A stretch of DNA of 64,000 nucleotides from an uncultured Thiohalophilus sp. (GTDB lineage: Bacteria > Pseudomonadota > Gammaproteobacteria > UBA6429 > Thiohalophilaceae). The translations under genes and the position numbers were made by a program. Below are positions 41,473 through 50,794 of this stretch, in pieces. The notes below the pieces were generated by a model, which made no database searches, had not been told where the DNA came from, and saw only the letters and a program-made list of their open reading frames with translations. Every line of letters starts with the position of its first letter. The first letter of the stretch is position 1. The DNA lies in NCBI GenBank assembly GCA_964405505.1, contig CAYOOC010000005.1:820-64819 (forward strand). Reading direction: 5' to 3'.

Positions 41473-41499
41473 TTGGCACTCTAATTTATCGAGTGCTAG
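41473..41499. promoter_or_regulatory. CIRCE operator (HrcA site)
   Basis: TTGGCACTC-N9-GAGTGCTAG against consensus TTAGCACTC-N9-GAGTGCTAA (16/18), between the promoter and the rpoH start. Confidence 0.88.
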
Positions 41500-41534
41500 T
41501 ATTGGTGAATATGATGAACGAGGAAACACAGATT

Positions 41535-42386
41535 ATGAGTAAGGGTCTAGAACTGCAACTGGCCGTCCCGACCGGCAACCTGGAATCCTATATTCAGGCA
41601 ACGCGCAGTATTCCGATGCTTTCGGCGGAGGAAGAGACCTCACTGGCCCGACGCTGGCAGGAACAGCAGGATCTGGATGCCGCGCAACAGCTGGTGCTCT
41701 CGCATCTGCGCTTTGTCGTCCACATTGCCCGTAGCTACAGCGGCTACGGTCTGCCTCAGGCGGATCTGATCCAGGAGGGCAACATCGGGCTGATGAAGGC
41801 GGTCAAACGCTTCGATCCCAATGTGGGTGTGCGCCTGGTGTCCTTTGCGGTCTACTGGATCCGCGCCGAGATTCACGAATATATCCTGCGCAACTGGCGC
41901 ATCGTCAAGGTCGCCACCACCAAGGCGCAGCGTAAACTGTTCTTCAACCTGCGCAGCGCCAAACAGCGTCTGGGCTGGTTCAACCAGGATGAGGTCGAAT
42001 CGGTGGCCGAGGATCTCGGCGTGACCACCAAGGACGTGCGCGAGATGGAATCGCGCATGAGCGGCCAGGACGTCGGCTTCGATCAGCCGGATGATGACGA
42101 CGACGATCGGCCCAATCTCTCACCGGTCGGCTTTCTGGAAGACATGAGCCATGAGCCGTCGCAGGTAGTGGAAGACCAGCAATGGGAAGATCACAGCAAA
42201 CAACAGCTGATGGGCGCCCTGCAGAAGCTGGACGATCGCAGCCGCGATATCATCACCCGGCGCTGGTTAAGCGACAACAAATCCACGCTGCATGATCTGG
42301 CCGATACCTACAACATCTCGGCCGAACGGATCCGTCAGCTGGAAAGCAATGCCATGAAAAAACTGCGTGGTGCACTGACCGCCTGA
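41535..42386 (+). CDS. rpoH: RNA polymerase sigma-32 factor
   Basis: [14 protein letters not shown], RpoH box QRKLFFNLR and SAERIRQLE; the ATG at 41535 has a GAGG RBS. Confidence 0.97.
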   Translation: MSKGLELQLAVPTGNLESYIQATRSIPMLSAEEETSLARRWQEQQDLDAAQQLVLSHLRFVVHIARSYSGYGLPQADLIQEGNIGLMKAVKRFDPNVGVRLVSFAVYWIRAEIHEYILRNWRIVKVATTKAQRKLFFNLRSAKQRLGWFNQDEVESVAEDLGVTTKDVREMESRMSGQDVGFDQPDDDDDDRPNLSPVGFLEDMSHEPSQVVEDQQWEDHSKQQLMGALQKLDDRSRDIITRRWLSDNKSTLHDLADTYNISAERIRQLESNAMKKLRGALTA

Positions 42387-42393
42387 CTTCAAG

Positions 42394-42421
42394 GGGCTAG
42401 TCTCCAGGTGCTAGTCGCTAG
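42394..42421. repeat. Heptamer tandem array (NNNCTAG x4)
   Basis: gggctag tctccag gtgctag tcgctag, directly after the rpoH stop. Confidence 0.65.
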
Positions 42422-42453
42422 AACCCAAATTGAACGACCAGCATTAAACTACT

Positions 42454-42486
42454 AAAAGGCCTCCGAATGGAGGCCTTTTTTGTTTT
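42454..42486. terminator. Bidirectional intrinsic terminator
   Basis: aaaaggcctcc-gaat-ggaggcctttt followed by further U residues; lies between convergent genes. Confidence 0.85.
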
Positions 42487-42524
42487 GGTCTGTCTTGAGT
42501 TTTATGTAAACGAAACAATAATTA

Positions 42525-42596
42525 TCCGCTAATTAACGCGAATAAACGCCAATCAACTTGTCATTACATTTGCGTCAATTCGCGTGCATTTGCGGA
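42525..42596. repeat. Palindrome A (CGCNAAT family), stand-alone copy
   Basis: tccgctaattaacgcgaataaacgccaat ... atttgcgtcaattcgcgtgcatttgcgga, with a shorter and different spacer than the other three copies. Confidence 0.85.
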
Positions 42597-42620
42597 CTGA
42601 TATGACTTTGCGTATTTGCG

Positions 42621-42821
42621 CTACTTTCCAGCTCCCTGAAAAGTGGTGCCCCCGGACTTGTCAGTCGCGTTGTCGGATTCGTAGTCACTGCCCAGGTCGA
42701 TGCCGAGTTCTTCGGCCACGGCCTGCCAGTAGGGTTCGGCCTCGCAGGAGCAACAGTCGCACCAGACGGCGATACCGTCGTGCATGCTGATGGAATTCCG
42801 GGATTGTGATTTGCCGCTCAT
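42621..42821 (-). CDS. Small acidic Cys-cluster protein (66 aa), unknown function
   Basis: GAGGTG RBS 4 nt before the ATG; WCDCCSC motif; co-oriented with the upstream pair and ends before the terminator. Confidence 0.6.
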   Translation of the reverse strand: MSGKSQSRNSISMHDGIAVWCDCCSCEAEPYWQAVAEELGIDLGSDYESDNATDKSGGTTFQGAGK

Positions 42822-42889
42822 GATTCACCTCTGCCAAACAAGTGATCGCGGAGCCCGTACGAGGGATTGCTGCTTATCCCCCAGAGATA

Positions 42890-43597
42890 TTACTGATTCG
42901 GTTTGGGTTCCTCGGTATCGGGGTCCAGCTCTGGTATTTCATCTTCGTCATCCGTTTCACTCCCCTGCTCCTCACCGTTGTCACTGGAAACCACCTTGCT
43001 GATCTTCTGTTGCAACTTGAACATTTCATTTTTCAGCCGTTGCTCGCCTTCCTTGTGCCCGCCTTCATACATGGAGGCGTATTCGTCCATCATGTTCTCC
43101 ATGGTTTCCATGGTGGTCTCGAGGTTTTTTTGCAGGCTGTTTTTTTCCTCCCGTAATTGCTTGTTTTCGCGCTTGAGCTTGACGATCAGCGATTCGCGTT
43201 CGGCGTCGCCTTCCTCTTCCTCCTCCTCTTCCAGTAAATGATAGTAGCTTCTGACCAGCTTTTCGACGTCGTGATCCACCTGCAACAGCTGTTCCGGATC
43301 CCGTCCCATGAACAGGCGTAACACGTGGGAGTAGAGGCTGGTTTCACATTTGAGCATCGCCCGGGCCCGGGCCTCGGCCTGCTCGGCGTCCATTTCAAGA
43401 TGCTCGCTAAGCAGCGCGACCAGTTTCCGCCGCCGTTCGGGCTCCGACTCGCGCAGGCGATGGATCAACTCCAGGGCCAGCCGCCGGTGCTTGCGCTGGC
43501 GCCGGATCATCCACACCAGCAGCACAATGGCGCCCAGCAATAATACCGCGCTCAATTCACTGGTCAGTACCAACATTCCGGTCATAAATTCGCTCAT
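42890..43597 (-). CDS. Membrane-anchored acidic coiled-coil hypothetical protein
   Basis: N-terminal TM helix followed by RRQRKHRR, heptad-like segments and an E-run; 4-nt overlap with the VWA gene. Confidence 0.8.
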   Translation of the reverse strand: MSEFMTGMLVLTSELSAVLLLGAIVLLVWMIRRQRKHRRLALELIHRLRESEPERRRKLVALLSEHLEMDAEQAEARARAMLKCETSLYSHVLRLFMGRDPEQLLQVDHDVEKLVRSYYHLLEEEEEEEGDAERESLIVKLKRENKQLREEKNSLQKNLETTMETMENMMDEYASMYEGGHKEGEQRLKNEMFKLQQKISKVVSSDNGEEQGSETDDEDEIPELDPDTEEPKPNQ

Positions 43598-45336
43598 AGT
43601 TCCAACTCCTTTTCTTCGGAGGCCAGAACATCACGGCGCAGCTTGCGCAGATAAGCATAGATCGCCAGACCACCCAGGATGAGTAACAGATTGGTCAGTG
43701 CCACCATGGCGATAACCCAGCGCCAGTCCAGTTCCGTTTGCGTCTGCGGTTCACTTTGCGGGTCGCCGGCGGTTAAAGCCGGGCTGCCGTCCCCTTCGCT
43801 GGCCAGGGTGCTGGCCGGCGCACGGCCTATCAGGCGTTCCACATGACTGACAAAATCACGTCCAGCCTGGCGGGTCGCCTGAAACTCAATGCTCAGGGTC
43901 TCGCCGCTCAAGCTTGCCGGCACCTCGGCCTGCCAGGCATTGCCCTCGCGGGTCAGTTCGATCGGCATATCGGCGCTGTTTTGCACCGACACCTGGATTG
44001 ATTCGGGCTGGAACAGGGCGGTCACCGGGTTAATCTCAAGCCGGTAATCCCCTTCGGGCTGCTCATCCAGCCGGATGGCAAGCGGCGCGTCATACACGCG
44101 CAGATGATGGACCTGCTCGCGTTCGAAGGTCGGGCTGCTGGCCCGTACCCGCAGGGTATGTTCGCCACTCTCCAGCGCCGGTACCCTATCGCGTTGATAA
44201 ACGCCGTCAGCGTCAGCATCGTTCAATGGATAGCGCGACACCCCGGAATCCGGCGGGTTATCGGTATGCAGGCTGAAGTCGACCAGTTCAAGGAAGGCTG
44301 GATCGTTAATCCGCTGCCCCTTGTCACTCAGCCAGGCGTCTGGGCTCAGCGCATCCTGGCGCAGTAGATGATCCGGCAAGGGCGCCACCTGCAGTTGCAG
44401 ATTGGTCAGCACCATGACCCGGTTATCGGGATCCTCGCGGGTCTGTAGCAGCCACTCACCGCTTTGCGGCTGTTCGATAGTCACAAGATCATAGGCCTCT
44501 TCGCCATACCAGCGTGCCGACGAAGGATGCTCTGTTTCGCGCCAGGATTTCTGTTCGGGAGTGACGATACTCAGCGCTGGGTCGCCATCTTCACGAAACA
44601 CCAGCAAGGTAATATCCTCGACCTTTTCATCGACGACAAAGCGATTGTTCGTCAGGGGCAGGGTCTGCACCGTTACCGCCTTTTCAAACAGCCGCAGAAA
44701 CAGTCGTTGCAGCGCCTCGCTGTCGCGGGCCTCCTCATACCAGCCACCGCTGGCGGCCGACAGTGTCGTCAGCAATTCCCGATCCACGCCGTCGGAGAGC
44801 CCGAGCGTATGGATTTTGACCCCGGCGCGTTGCAGGCGTGGCAACAGTTCCTCCAGGATTCGCTGACGGGAAACCGCGCTCTCGCGCGGCTTATCACTGA
44901 CATCCACCTTGCCGTCGGTCAGTAATAACAGATGCCGATCATAGGCGGGATCCGGCGATTGCCAGTTGAACGCGGCCTTCTCCAGTGCGGCCTCGATGTT
45001 GGTATACAGACCGCGGGAATGCAGCGCGTCCGCTTCACGCCGGGCGCGCGTTTTCCAGTCGGCGTCAACCTGACCGTAGGGCACCGCCATGTTCACGTAC
45101 TGTCCGAACGTCCAGACACCGGCACGGGTTCCCTCCGGCATCAGACCGGTGAGCAGCTTCAATGCCGGGCGACGCAGGTTATCGGGATCGGTCTGCTTCA
45201 TACTGCCGGAGATATCGATCAGGACACGCAGATCGGTCGTCGGTGCCTCGTCCGCCCACAGGGGGACACTGCCCGACATGAGCAGAACCAGCAGGAAAAA
45301 AGCGTAATAGCGCGATCGTGGCAAAAAACCCAGCAA
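43594..45336 (-). CDS. VWA-domain periplasmic protein with C-terminal membrane anchor
   Basis: Signal peptide; MIDAS DISGS...TNIE...LLTDG; C-terminal TM helix followed by RKLRR; start codon uncertain. Confidence 0.88.
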   Translation of the reverse strand: MLGFLPRSRYYAFFLLVLLMSGSVPLWADEAPTTDLRVLIDISGSMKQTDPDNLRRPALKLLTGLMPEGTRAGVWTFGQYVNMAVPYGQVDADWKTRARREADALHSRGLYTNIEAALEKAAFNWQSPDPAYDRHLLLLTDGKVDVSDKPRESAVSRQRILEELLPRLQRAGVKIHTLGLSDGVDRELLTTLSAASGGWYEEARDSEALQRLFLRLFEKAVTVQTLPLTNNRFVVDEKVEDITLLVFREDGDPALSIVTPEQKSWRETEHPSSARWYGEEAYDLVTIEQPQSGEWLLQTREDPDNRVMVLTNLQLQVAPLPDHLLRQDALSPDAWLSDKGQRINDPAFLELVDFSLHTDNPPDSGVSRYPLNDADADGVYQRDRVPALESGEHTLRVRASSPTFEREQVHHLRVYDAPLAIRLDEQPEGDYRLEINPVTALFQPESIQVSVQNSADMPIELTREGNAWQAEVPASLSGETLSIEFQATRQAGRDFVSHVERLIGRAPASTLASEGDGSPALTAGDPQSEPQTQTELDWRWVIAMVALTNLLLILGGLAIYAYLRKLRRDVLASEEKELEL

Positions 45337-45474
45337 CCCGAGACTCCGTCTTGAAATAGATCCGCAAGGAAAAACCCCGGCGGTTCATTCAGTTATCGGC
45401 GAAGACGGTGACAGAGTTGAGTGTTTGACGGGGTTTCTGACAGAAAAAGTGGCAGTTAGAGGGGCAGACAATCA

Positions 45475-45504
45475 ACCCGAAAAGTGCCGCGGCACTTTTC
45501 GGGT
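45475..45504. repeat. Perfect 30-nt palindrome (probable terminator or RNA hairpin)
   Basis: acccgaaaagtgccgcggcacttttcgggt equals its own reverse complement. Confidence 0.7.
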
Positions 45505-45514
45505 AGCAGACGGT

Positions 45515-45616
45515 TCAGCCGGCAATAATAACGGACAGGAAGCTGAACCAAGCAATGGCGATCAGGGCAATCACAATCACCATGGGCAAATTCTGGAACG
45601 TGAACATTTCTTTCAT
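45515..45616 (-). CDS. Unannotated 33-aa single-TM peptide downstream of ccoS
   Basis: Hand translation MKEMFTFQNLPMVIVIALIAIAWFSFLSVIIAG; GGAG RBS about 7 nt upstream; below the ORF-track cut-off. Confidence 0.6.
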   Translation of the reverse strand: MKEMFTFQNLPMVIVIALIAIAWFSFLSVIIAG

Positions 45617-45677
45617 GGGGCTCTCCAAAAAGGCATCATCTTCAATAAGTAAATTCTAATAAACCCGGACCGGGGCA

Positions 45678-45881
45678 TCAAGTCCGCCTGTCCCTCTCCT
45701 CCCCGGAGGCGTCTTCCTGACGCCGACTGGGAATCCGCGGATCGTCATCATCCATCAAAATCCGGTGAGCCGGGCCTTCCAGATCCTCGAACTGCCCGCT
45801 GCGCACCGCCCAGATCAGCGCACCGATGGCCACTGCCAGCACGATCACGGCAATGGGGATAAGCAGATAGAGGATCTCCAT
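45678..45881 (-). CDS. ccoS: cbb3 oxidase maturation protein
   Basis: MEILYLLIP...WAVRSGQFEDLEGPAHRILMDDD; AAGGAG RBS. Confidence 0.95.
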   Translation of the reverse strand: MEILYLLIPIAVIVLAVAIGALIWAVRSGQFEDLEGPAHRILMDDDDPRIPSRRQEDASGEERDRRT

Positions 45882-45913
45882 AACGTCTCCTTGAATACCC
45901 ACTCCCGGCTATA

Positions 45914-48421
45914 TCAGCCCGGACGACCCTCATTATCCGCCACCGGCGACAGCGGTGAAACCCCGGCTTCCCCCCGATCCGACAGCGGAGCCTGTTTTTC
46001 CCCGCGCAACAGGCGCAGGGCATTGAGCACCACCAGCAGCGAGCTCAGGGACATCCCCAGCGCGGCAAGCCAGGGCGTCAGGAAACCGGCCGCCGCCACC
46101 GGCAGGGCCACCAGATTATACCCCAGCGCCCAGCCGATATTCTGGCGCACGATGCGCAGCGTGGCGCGCGACTGTTTGACGGCGTCCAGCAAATGGCCCA
46201 GCCGGTTGGACTGCAAAATCATGTCGGCGCTGTTGCGGGCCAGCTCCACCCCGCTGGCCATGGCAATGGAGACATGGGCCTGCGAGAGGACCGGAGCATC
46301 ATTGACCCCGTCGCCGACCATCGCCACGGTCTGCCCCTGCTCCTGCAATTCCCGCAAACCGGCCAGCTTGTCCGCCGGCAGCAGGGCGCCCCGGGCCTGT
46401 TTAATTCCCAGCTGTTCGGCGACCCGGCTCACCGCGGCCGCGTCATCGCCGGAAAAGAGCCGGACATCGATCCCCAGCCCCTGGAGGCCGGCCACGGTTG
46501 CCTTCGCATCACAACGCAGCCGGTCGCTCAGCTCCAGCAGTGCCAGCACCCCCTCGGCCGATCCCAGATAGACCGGGCTGGTGCCGGGCGTCGCCGCGGG
46601 TACCGCGCCGCCCTCGACGCCGCTCAGTTCGCTGACAAAGGCCAGCGTCCCCACCCGGTAAGTCACCCCGTCGATCTCGCCGCTCACCCCGCAACCGGGT
46701 GTCGCCTGCAGCCGTTCAACGGGGGGCGGCGACCCCGCTTCGGCGCTAATGGCCCGGGCCAGCGGGTGTTCCGAACCCTGCTCCAGGGCCGCCGCCAGTG
46801 CCAGCGCACGTTGCGTCGACAGCTCACCCAGCAGGCGGACCTGGGCGAGCGACAGCTGACCCTCGGTGAGGGTCCCGGTTTTGTCGAAAATCAGCGTATC
46901 AGTGCGTGCCAGGGTCTCCAGCGCGTGGCCCCGCGTGGTTATCACACCGCGACGGGTCAGCTGACCGGTACTGGCGGTCATGGCCACCGGGGTGGCCAGT
47001 GACAGGGCACAGGGACAGCTGACCACCAGCACCGCCACGGCCACCCAGAAGGCCCGGGCCGGGTCGATCTGCCACCAGATCAGCCCCGCGCCGGCGGCCA
47101 GCAACAGGACCAGCAACACGAAATGGCCGGTACCGCGCTGGGCCAGCCGGGCGATGCGCGGTTTTTCGCTCTGGGCCCGATCCAGCAGCCGCTGGATACC
47201 GGAGAGCACGGTATCCTGTCCGACCCGGGTCACCCGCATCTCCAGCGGACTCTCCACGTTGACGGCGCCACCAATCAGGCCATCGCCGGCCTGGCGCGGG
47301 CGAGGCAGGCTCTCCCCGGTCAGCAACGATTCGTCCACGCTCGAGGTGCCGCTGAGCACCTCGCCATCGGCCGGTACCGTCTCACCGGGTCGGATACGCA
47401 CCCGATCGCCGGGCACCAGTTCGGCGACCCCGACCTGGGTCTCCTCCCCTTGCGCATTCAGTCGCGTGGCCAGCGCCGGCAACAGGGTGGCGAGATTCTC
47501 CACCGCCGCGCTGGCGCGCTGGCGTGCTCCCATCTCCAGATAGCGGCTCAATAACAGGAAAAATACAAACATGGTGGCCGATTCGAAATAGACCTCGCCA
47601 CCGCGCGTGACGGTGGCGATGGCACTGGCGATGTAGGTGCCACCCACGGCCAGCGCTACCGGCACGTCCATGCCCAGCTGACGCTGGCGCAGATCCCGCC
47701 AGGCGGCGCTGTAGAACGGCCAGCCGGCGTACACAACCACCGGGGTAGCAATAATCAGGCTGATCCAGCGCAAGAAGTGCATCATGTCGTGGCTCATGCC
47801 CTGGTCCTCGCCGGCATACAGCGCCACGGCCAGCATCATCACCTGCATCATCCCCAGGCCGGCAATGGCCAGACGCCGCAGGGCGCGGCCGCGCTCGCGC
47901 TGCTGGACCTGGGCCTGACGGTGCGGATCGTAAGGATGAGCGCGGTAACCGATGGCACTGATCGCCCTCAGGATGTCACTGAGCTGAATCTGTCGCTCGT
48001 CCCAGCGCACGCGGGCGCGCTGGGTACTGTAATTGATGGCAAATTCCAGCACCCCGGGCAGGCTGCCGACGTGTCGTTCGTTGAGCCAGACACAGGCGGC
48101 GCAGGTGATGCCTTCCAGAATCAGCGAGGCTTCGCGCTCCTCGGGTTCGCCGCTGACGAAGCGTTGCTGCACTTCGGGCCGATCGTAGAGATCCAGCGTT
48201 TTCAGGGCCTCGGGCACCAGTTGCGCGGGATTCGGCGCATTTTCGGTACGATAACGATAGAAGTCTTCCAGGCCGGCCTCGACAATGGCATTGGCCACCG
48301 CCTCGCAACCGGGACAACACATGGGCCGGGCCTCGCCATCGATCACAGCCTGGTAATGACTGCCTGGAGGAACCGGCTGCCCGCAATGAAAACAGCTGTG
48401 ATGTTCCCCGGCCATCGGCAA
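45914..48421 (-). CDS. ccoI: Cu-transporting P1B ATPase for cbb3 assembly (FixI)
   Basis: CFHC...CCPGC, CAAC, CPCALSLATP, DKTGT, SEHP and GDGVND. Confidence 0.95.
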   Translation of the reverse strand: MPMAGEHHSCFHCGQPVPPGSHYQAVIDGEARPMCCPGCEAVANAIVEAGLEDFYRYRTENAPNPAQLVPEALKTLDLYDRPEVQQRFVSGEPEEREASLILEGITCAACVWLNERHVGSLPGVLEFAINYSTQRARVRWDERQIQLSDILRAISAIGYRAHPYDPHRQAQVQQRERGRALRRLAIAGLGMMQVMMLAVALYAGEDQGMSHDMMHFLRWISLIIATPVVVYAGWPFYSAAWRDLRQRQLGMDVPVALAVGGTYIASAIATVTRGGEVYFESATMFVFFLLLSRYLEMGARQRASAAVENLATLLPALATRLNAQGEETQVGVAELVPGDRVRIRPGETVPADGEVLSGTSSVDESLLTGESLPRPRQAGDGLIGGAVNVESPLEMRVTRVGQDTVLSGIQRLLDRAQSEKPRIARLAQRGTGHFVLLVLLLAAGAGLIWWQIDPARAFWVAVAVLVVSCPCALSLATPVAMTASTGQLTRRGVITTRGHALETLARTDTLIFDKTGTLTEGQLSLAQVRLLGELSTQRALALAAALEQGSEHPLARAISAEAGSPPPVERLQATPGCGVSGEIDGVTYRVGTLAFVSELSGVEGGAVPAATPGTSPVYLGSAEGVLALLELSDRLRCDAKATVAGLQGLGIDVRLFSGDDAAAVSRVAEQLGIKQARGALLPADKLAGLRELQEQGQTVAMVGDGVNDAPVLSQAHVSIAMASGVELARNSADMILQSNRLGHLLDAVKQSRATLRIVRQNIGWALGYNLVALPVAAAGFLTPWLAALGMSLSSLLVVLNALRLLRGEKQAPLSDRGEAGVSPLSPVADNEGRPG

Positions 48422-48426
48422 ACGGC

Positions 48427-49251
48427 TCAGCGCGCCGCCTCTATCCGGGTGCTTGCCTTGATCTCATGGCGCTGTTCCCCCCGGCGTATTTGCAGCAGCA
48501 ATTCCCAGCGCCCGCCTTCGGGCAGCACCGGCTCGGCCAGATAACTGCCGGGCTCGTCGCTCAGCGGTGACATGGCAAACACCTGATCCAGCCGGCTGTC
48601 GCCCGGGCGCAAAAAGAGGCCTCGCACCTCGGCGTCACTGATCGGTGTCCCATCCCGCTCGAGCACCCGCAGCTTGAAGACAGACGCCTGCCCGGCCCGG
48701 GCCTCACCCAGCCAGCCTTTTTGCACCTGCCAGCCCCGTTCCTGCTGTTCCTGAAAGCGCTGTTGAAACTGGTTGAATTCATCCTGCTCCTTGCGAAAAT
48801 CGCGCGCCACGGTACCGGGAAAATGCGAACTCACCTCCCCGCCACTGCGCGGCTCGGGCAGCAGCCAGCGGGTCGCCCCGCTGTCCAGGCCTTTTTGCGC
48901 CAACAGGATATAGACGGAATTGACGGCAATGACCACCATGAAAAAGATCACGATCGCCGCCGGTCCCCAGTGAAACCAGCGACCGGTCTCGCCATCCGCG
49001 CGGCGCGCATCGCGCTGGCTGCTGATAATCCCCAGCACATAGACCGTCACCAGATAAACGGCAATATGAATGGCAAACACATCGGCCCCCGGCCAGGCAA
49101 TGATGACCGTGGGCATATAGATACCCACCACCAGCAAGGCCGCGACCACTGCCACCATCTTGCCATCCAGCCGGCTGAAGCGGTACAGCAGGGCAAAACC
49201 AATGACAATGGCAATAACACCACCGAGCAGGGAATACAGGATATCTGTCAT
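48427..49251 (-). CDS. ccoH: FixH/CcoH-family protein with extra N-terminal TM segments
   Basis: Position between ccoG and ccoI; WFHWGP..IVIFF followed by a FixH/YtkA-like C-terminal domain (GRWELLL). Confidence 0.78.
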   Translation of the reverse strand: MTDILYSLLGGVIAIVIGFALLYRFSRLDGKMVAVVAALLVVGIYMPTVIIAWPGADVFAIHIAVYLVTVYVLGIISSQRDARRADGETGRWFHWGPAAIVIFFMVVIAVNSVYILLAQKGLDSGATRWLLPEPRSGGEVSSHFPGTVARDFRKEQDEFNQFQQRFQEQQERGWQVQKGWLGEARAGQASVFKLRVLERDGTPISDAEVRGLFLRPGDSRLDQVFAMSPLSDEPGSYLAEPVLPEGGRWELLLQIRRGEQRHEIKASTRIEAAR

Positions 49252-49261
49252 GGCAGCGACC

Positions 49262-50668
49262 TTAGTCAGTTAGCGGTGTATAGAAAACGGTATCACGCCG
49301 GGTGGTCAGCGGATCGTCATTGTCCAGCTGACGAATCACAAACTCGAACGACTGACGTTCCTGCTCGGCCGTTTGCGGCCGCCGGTTCACCTTGGCGATC
49401 AGCTTGAGACTGTGTTCAGGGCTGACAGTAACCTCCCTGTTGCCTCCCAGATCCAGTTCCGCCTGCGGGAGCCCTTCGATGCTGATCCGGTAACGGATTG
49501 CATCGCTGGTTTTGTTATTAATCTTGATCTCGTAACGATTCTGAATCCGGCCGTCCGACAATGTGACGGATAATGGCTGACGGAACTGGGCCACACTCAG
49601 CTCAACCTTGTCCCGATGCGAGATAGCCCAGGCCAGCAGGCTGATCGCGGCAATCAGCACCAGCGCATAGCCCAGATTTTTCAGGTTGAAGGGATTGCTC
49701 TTTTTCCCTTCCAGGGCGTTTTGTGAGGTATAGCGGATCAGTCCGCGCGGATAACCGATGCTGTCCATGATGGTATCGCAGGCATCAATACACAGGGCGC
49801 AGGAGATACACTGATATTGCAGACCGTTACGAATATCGATGCCGACCGGGCAAACCTGCACGCAATAGCCACAGTCAATACAATCGCCTACCTTGTCGGC
49901 GATACGCGCCTCGCGCTCCATGTAGTCCTTGGATGGTTTATGCCGACCCTGCTCGCGCTCGCCGCGTTGCTCGTCGTAAGCCACAATCAGGGTATCCTGA
50001 TCGAACATCACGCCCTGGAAGCGGGCATAGGGGCACATGTAGGTGCAGACCTGCTCGCGCGCCAGGCCGGCCATCACATAAGTTGTGGCGGTCAGGAACA
50101 GTGTCGTGGCATACGCCGCGAAGGGCGCCTGCCCCTGGAAGAAATCCACAGCCAGCTGCGGCGCGTTGCCCCAGTAAAGCGTAAACGTCAAACCGGTGAC
50201 AAACGCCATGGCCAGCCACAGCAGATGCGTCATTCCCAGTTTGACAAACTTGGCCATGCCCCATGGCGCGTTAGCCAGTTTGATGCGGGCATTACGTTCG
50301 CCCTGCACCAGCCGTTCGATCAGAATATACACATCCGTCCACAAGGTCTGGAAGCAGAAATAACCGCAGAAGACACGCCCGGCAACGCCGGTGACGAAAA
50401 ACAGCAACAGCGCAAATATGACCAGCAGTCCCGCCAGCCAGAAGATATCCTGGGCATAGACCACCAGATCAAACAGATAAAACCGCCGTCCGGCCAGATC
50501 GAACAATACTGCCTGGTCCGGTGCATTTTCGCGCGCCCAGCGTAGCCAAGGCAGGAGGAAATAGACGCCATAGGCCAGCGTCAGTATCGCATATTTAATC
50601 GTGCGAAAGCGTCCTTTGACCGAACGCGGATAGATTGGAATACGGGCCTGGTATGCGGGTTGTGTCAT
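49262..50668 (-). CDS. ccoG: cbb3 accessory 4Fe-4S protein / cupric reductase (FixG)
   Basis: GRVFCGYFCFQT, CTYMCPY, CIDCGYCVQVCP and CISCALCIDAC. Confidence 0.96.
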   Translation of the reverse strand: MTQPAYQARIPIYPRSVKGRFRTIKYAILTLAYGVYFLLPWLRWARENAPDQAVLFDLAGRRFYLFDLVVYAQDIFWLAGLLVIFALLLFFVTGVAGRVFCGYFCFQTLWTDVYILIERLVQGERNARIKLANAPWGMAKFVKLGMTHLLWLAMAFVTGLTFTLYWGNAPQLAVDFFQGQAPFAAYATTLFLTATTYVMAGLAREQVCTYMCPYARFQGVMFDQDTLIVAYDEQRGEREQGRHKPSKDYMEREARIADKVGDCIDCGYCVQVCPVGIDIRNGLQYQCISCALCIDACDTIMDSIGYPRGLIRYTSQNALEGKKSNPFNLKNLGYALVLIAAISLLAWAISHRDKVELSVAQFRQPLSVTLSDGRIQNRYEIKINNKTSDAIRYRISIEGLPQAELDLGGNREVTVSPEHSLKLIAKVNRRPQTAEQERQSFEFVIRQLDNDDPLTTRRDTVFYTPLTD

Positions 50669-50708
50669 TCCTGTTTCAATTTTGTGTCAGACATCCACGG
50701 GTAATGCC

Positions 50709-50755
50709 AAATAAATAAAGGGAGGGACGTTCGCCTGTTGCAAACGCGCCCTCCC
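50709..50755 (-). terminator. Likely terminator between ccoP and ccoG
   Basis: gggaggg...ccctccc stem followed by tttatttattt on the minus strand. Confidence 0.5.
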
Positions 50756-50794
50756 ACCGGTTGTTTTTGTTGTTTTCGAGTCGGGCAATCGAGT

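Noticed and set aside
41493-41534. Longer rpoH N-terminus from the GTG at 41493
   Set aside because: The codon lies inside the CIRCE arm with no RBS; the ATG at 41535 has one.
45425-45652. 75-aa plus-strand ORF
   Set aside because: It is antisense to the better-supported 33-aa peptide ORF and spans the hairpin.
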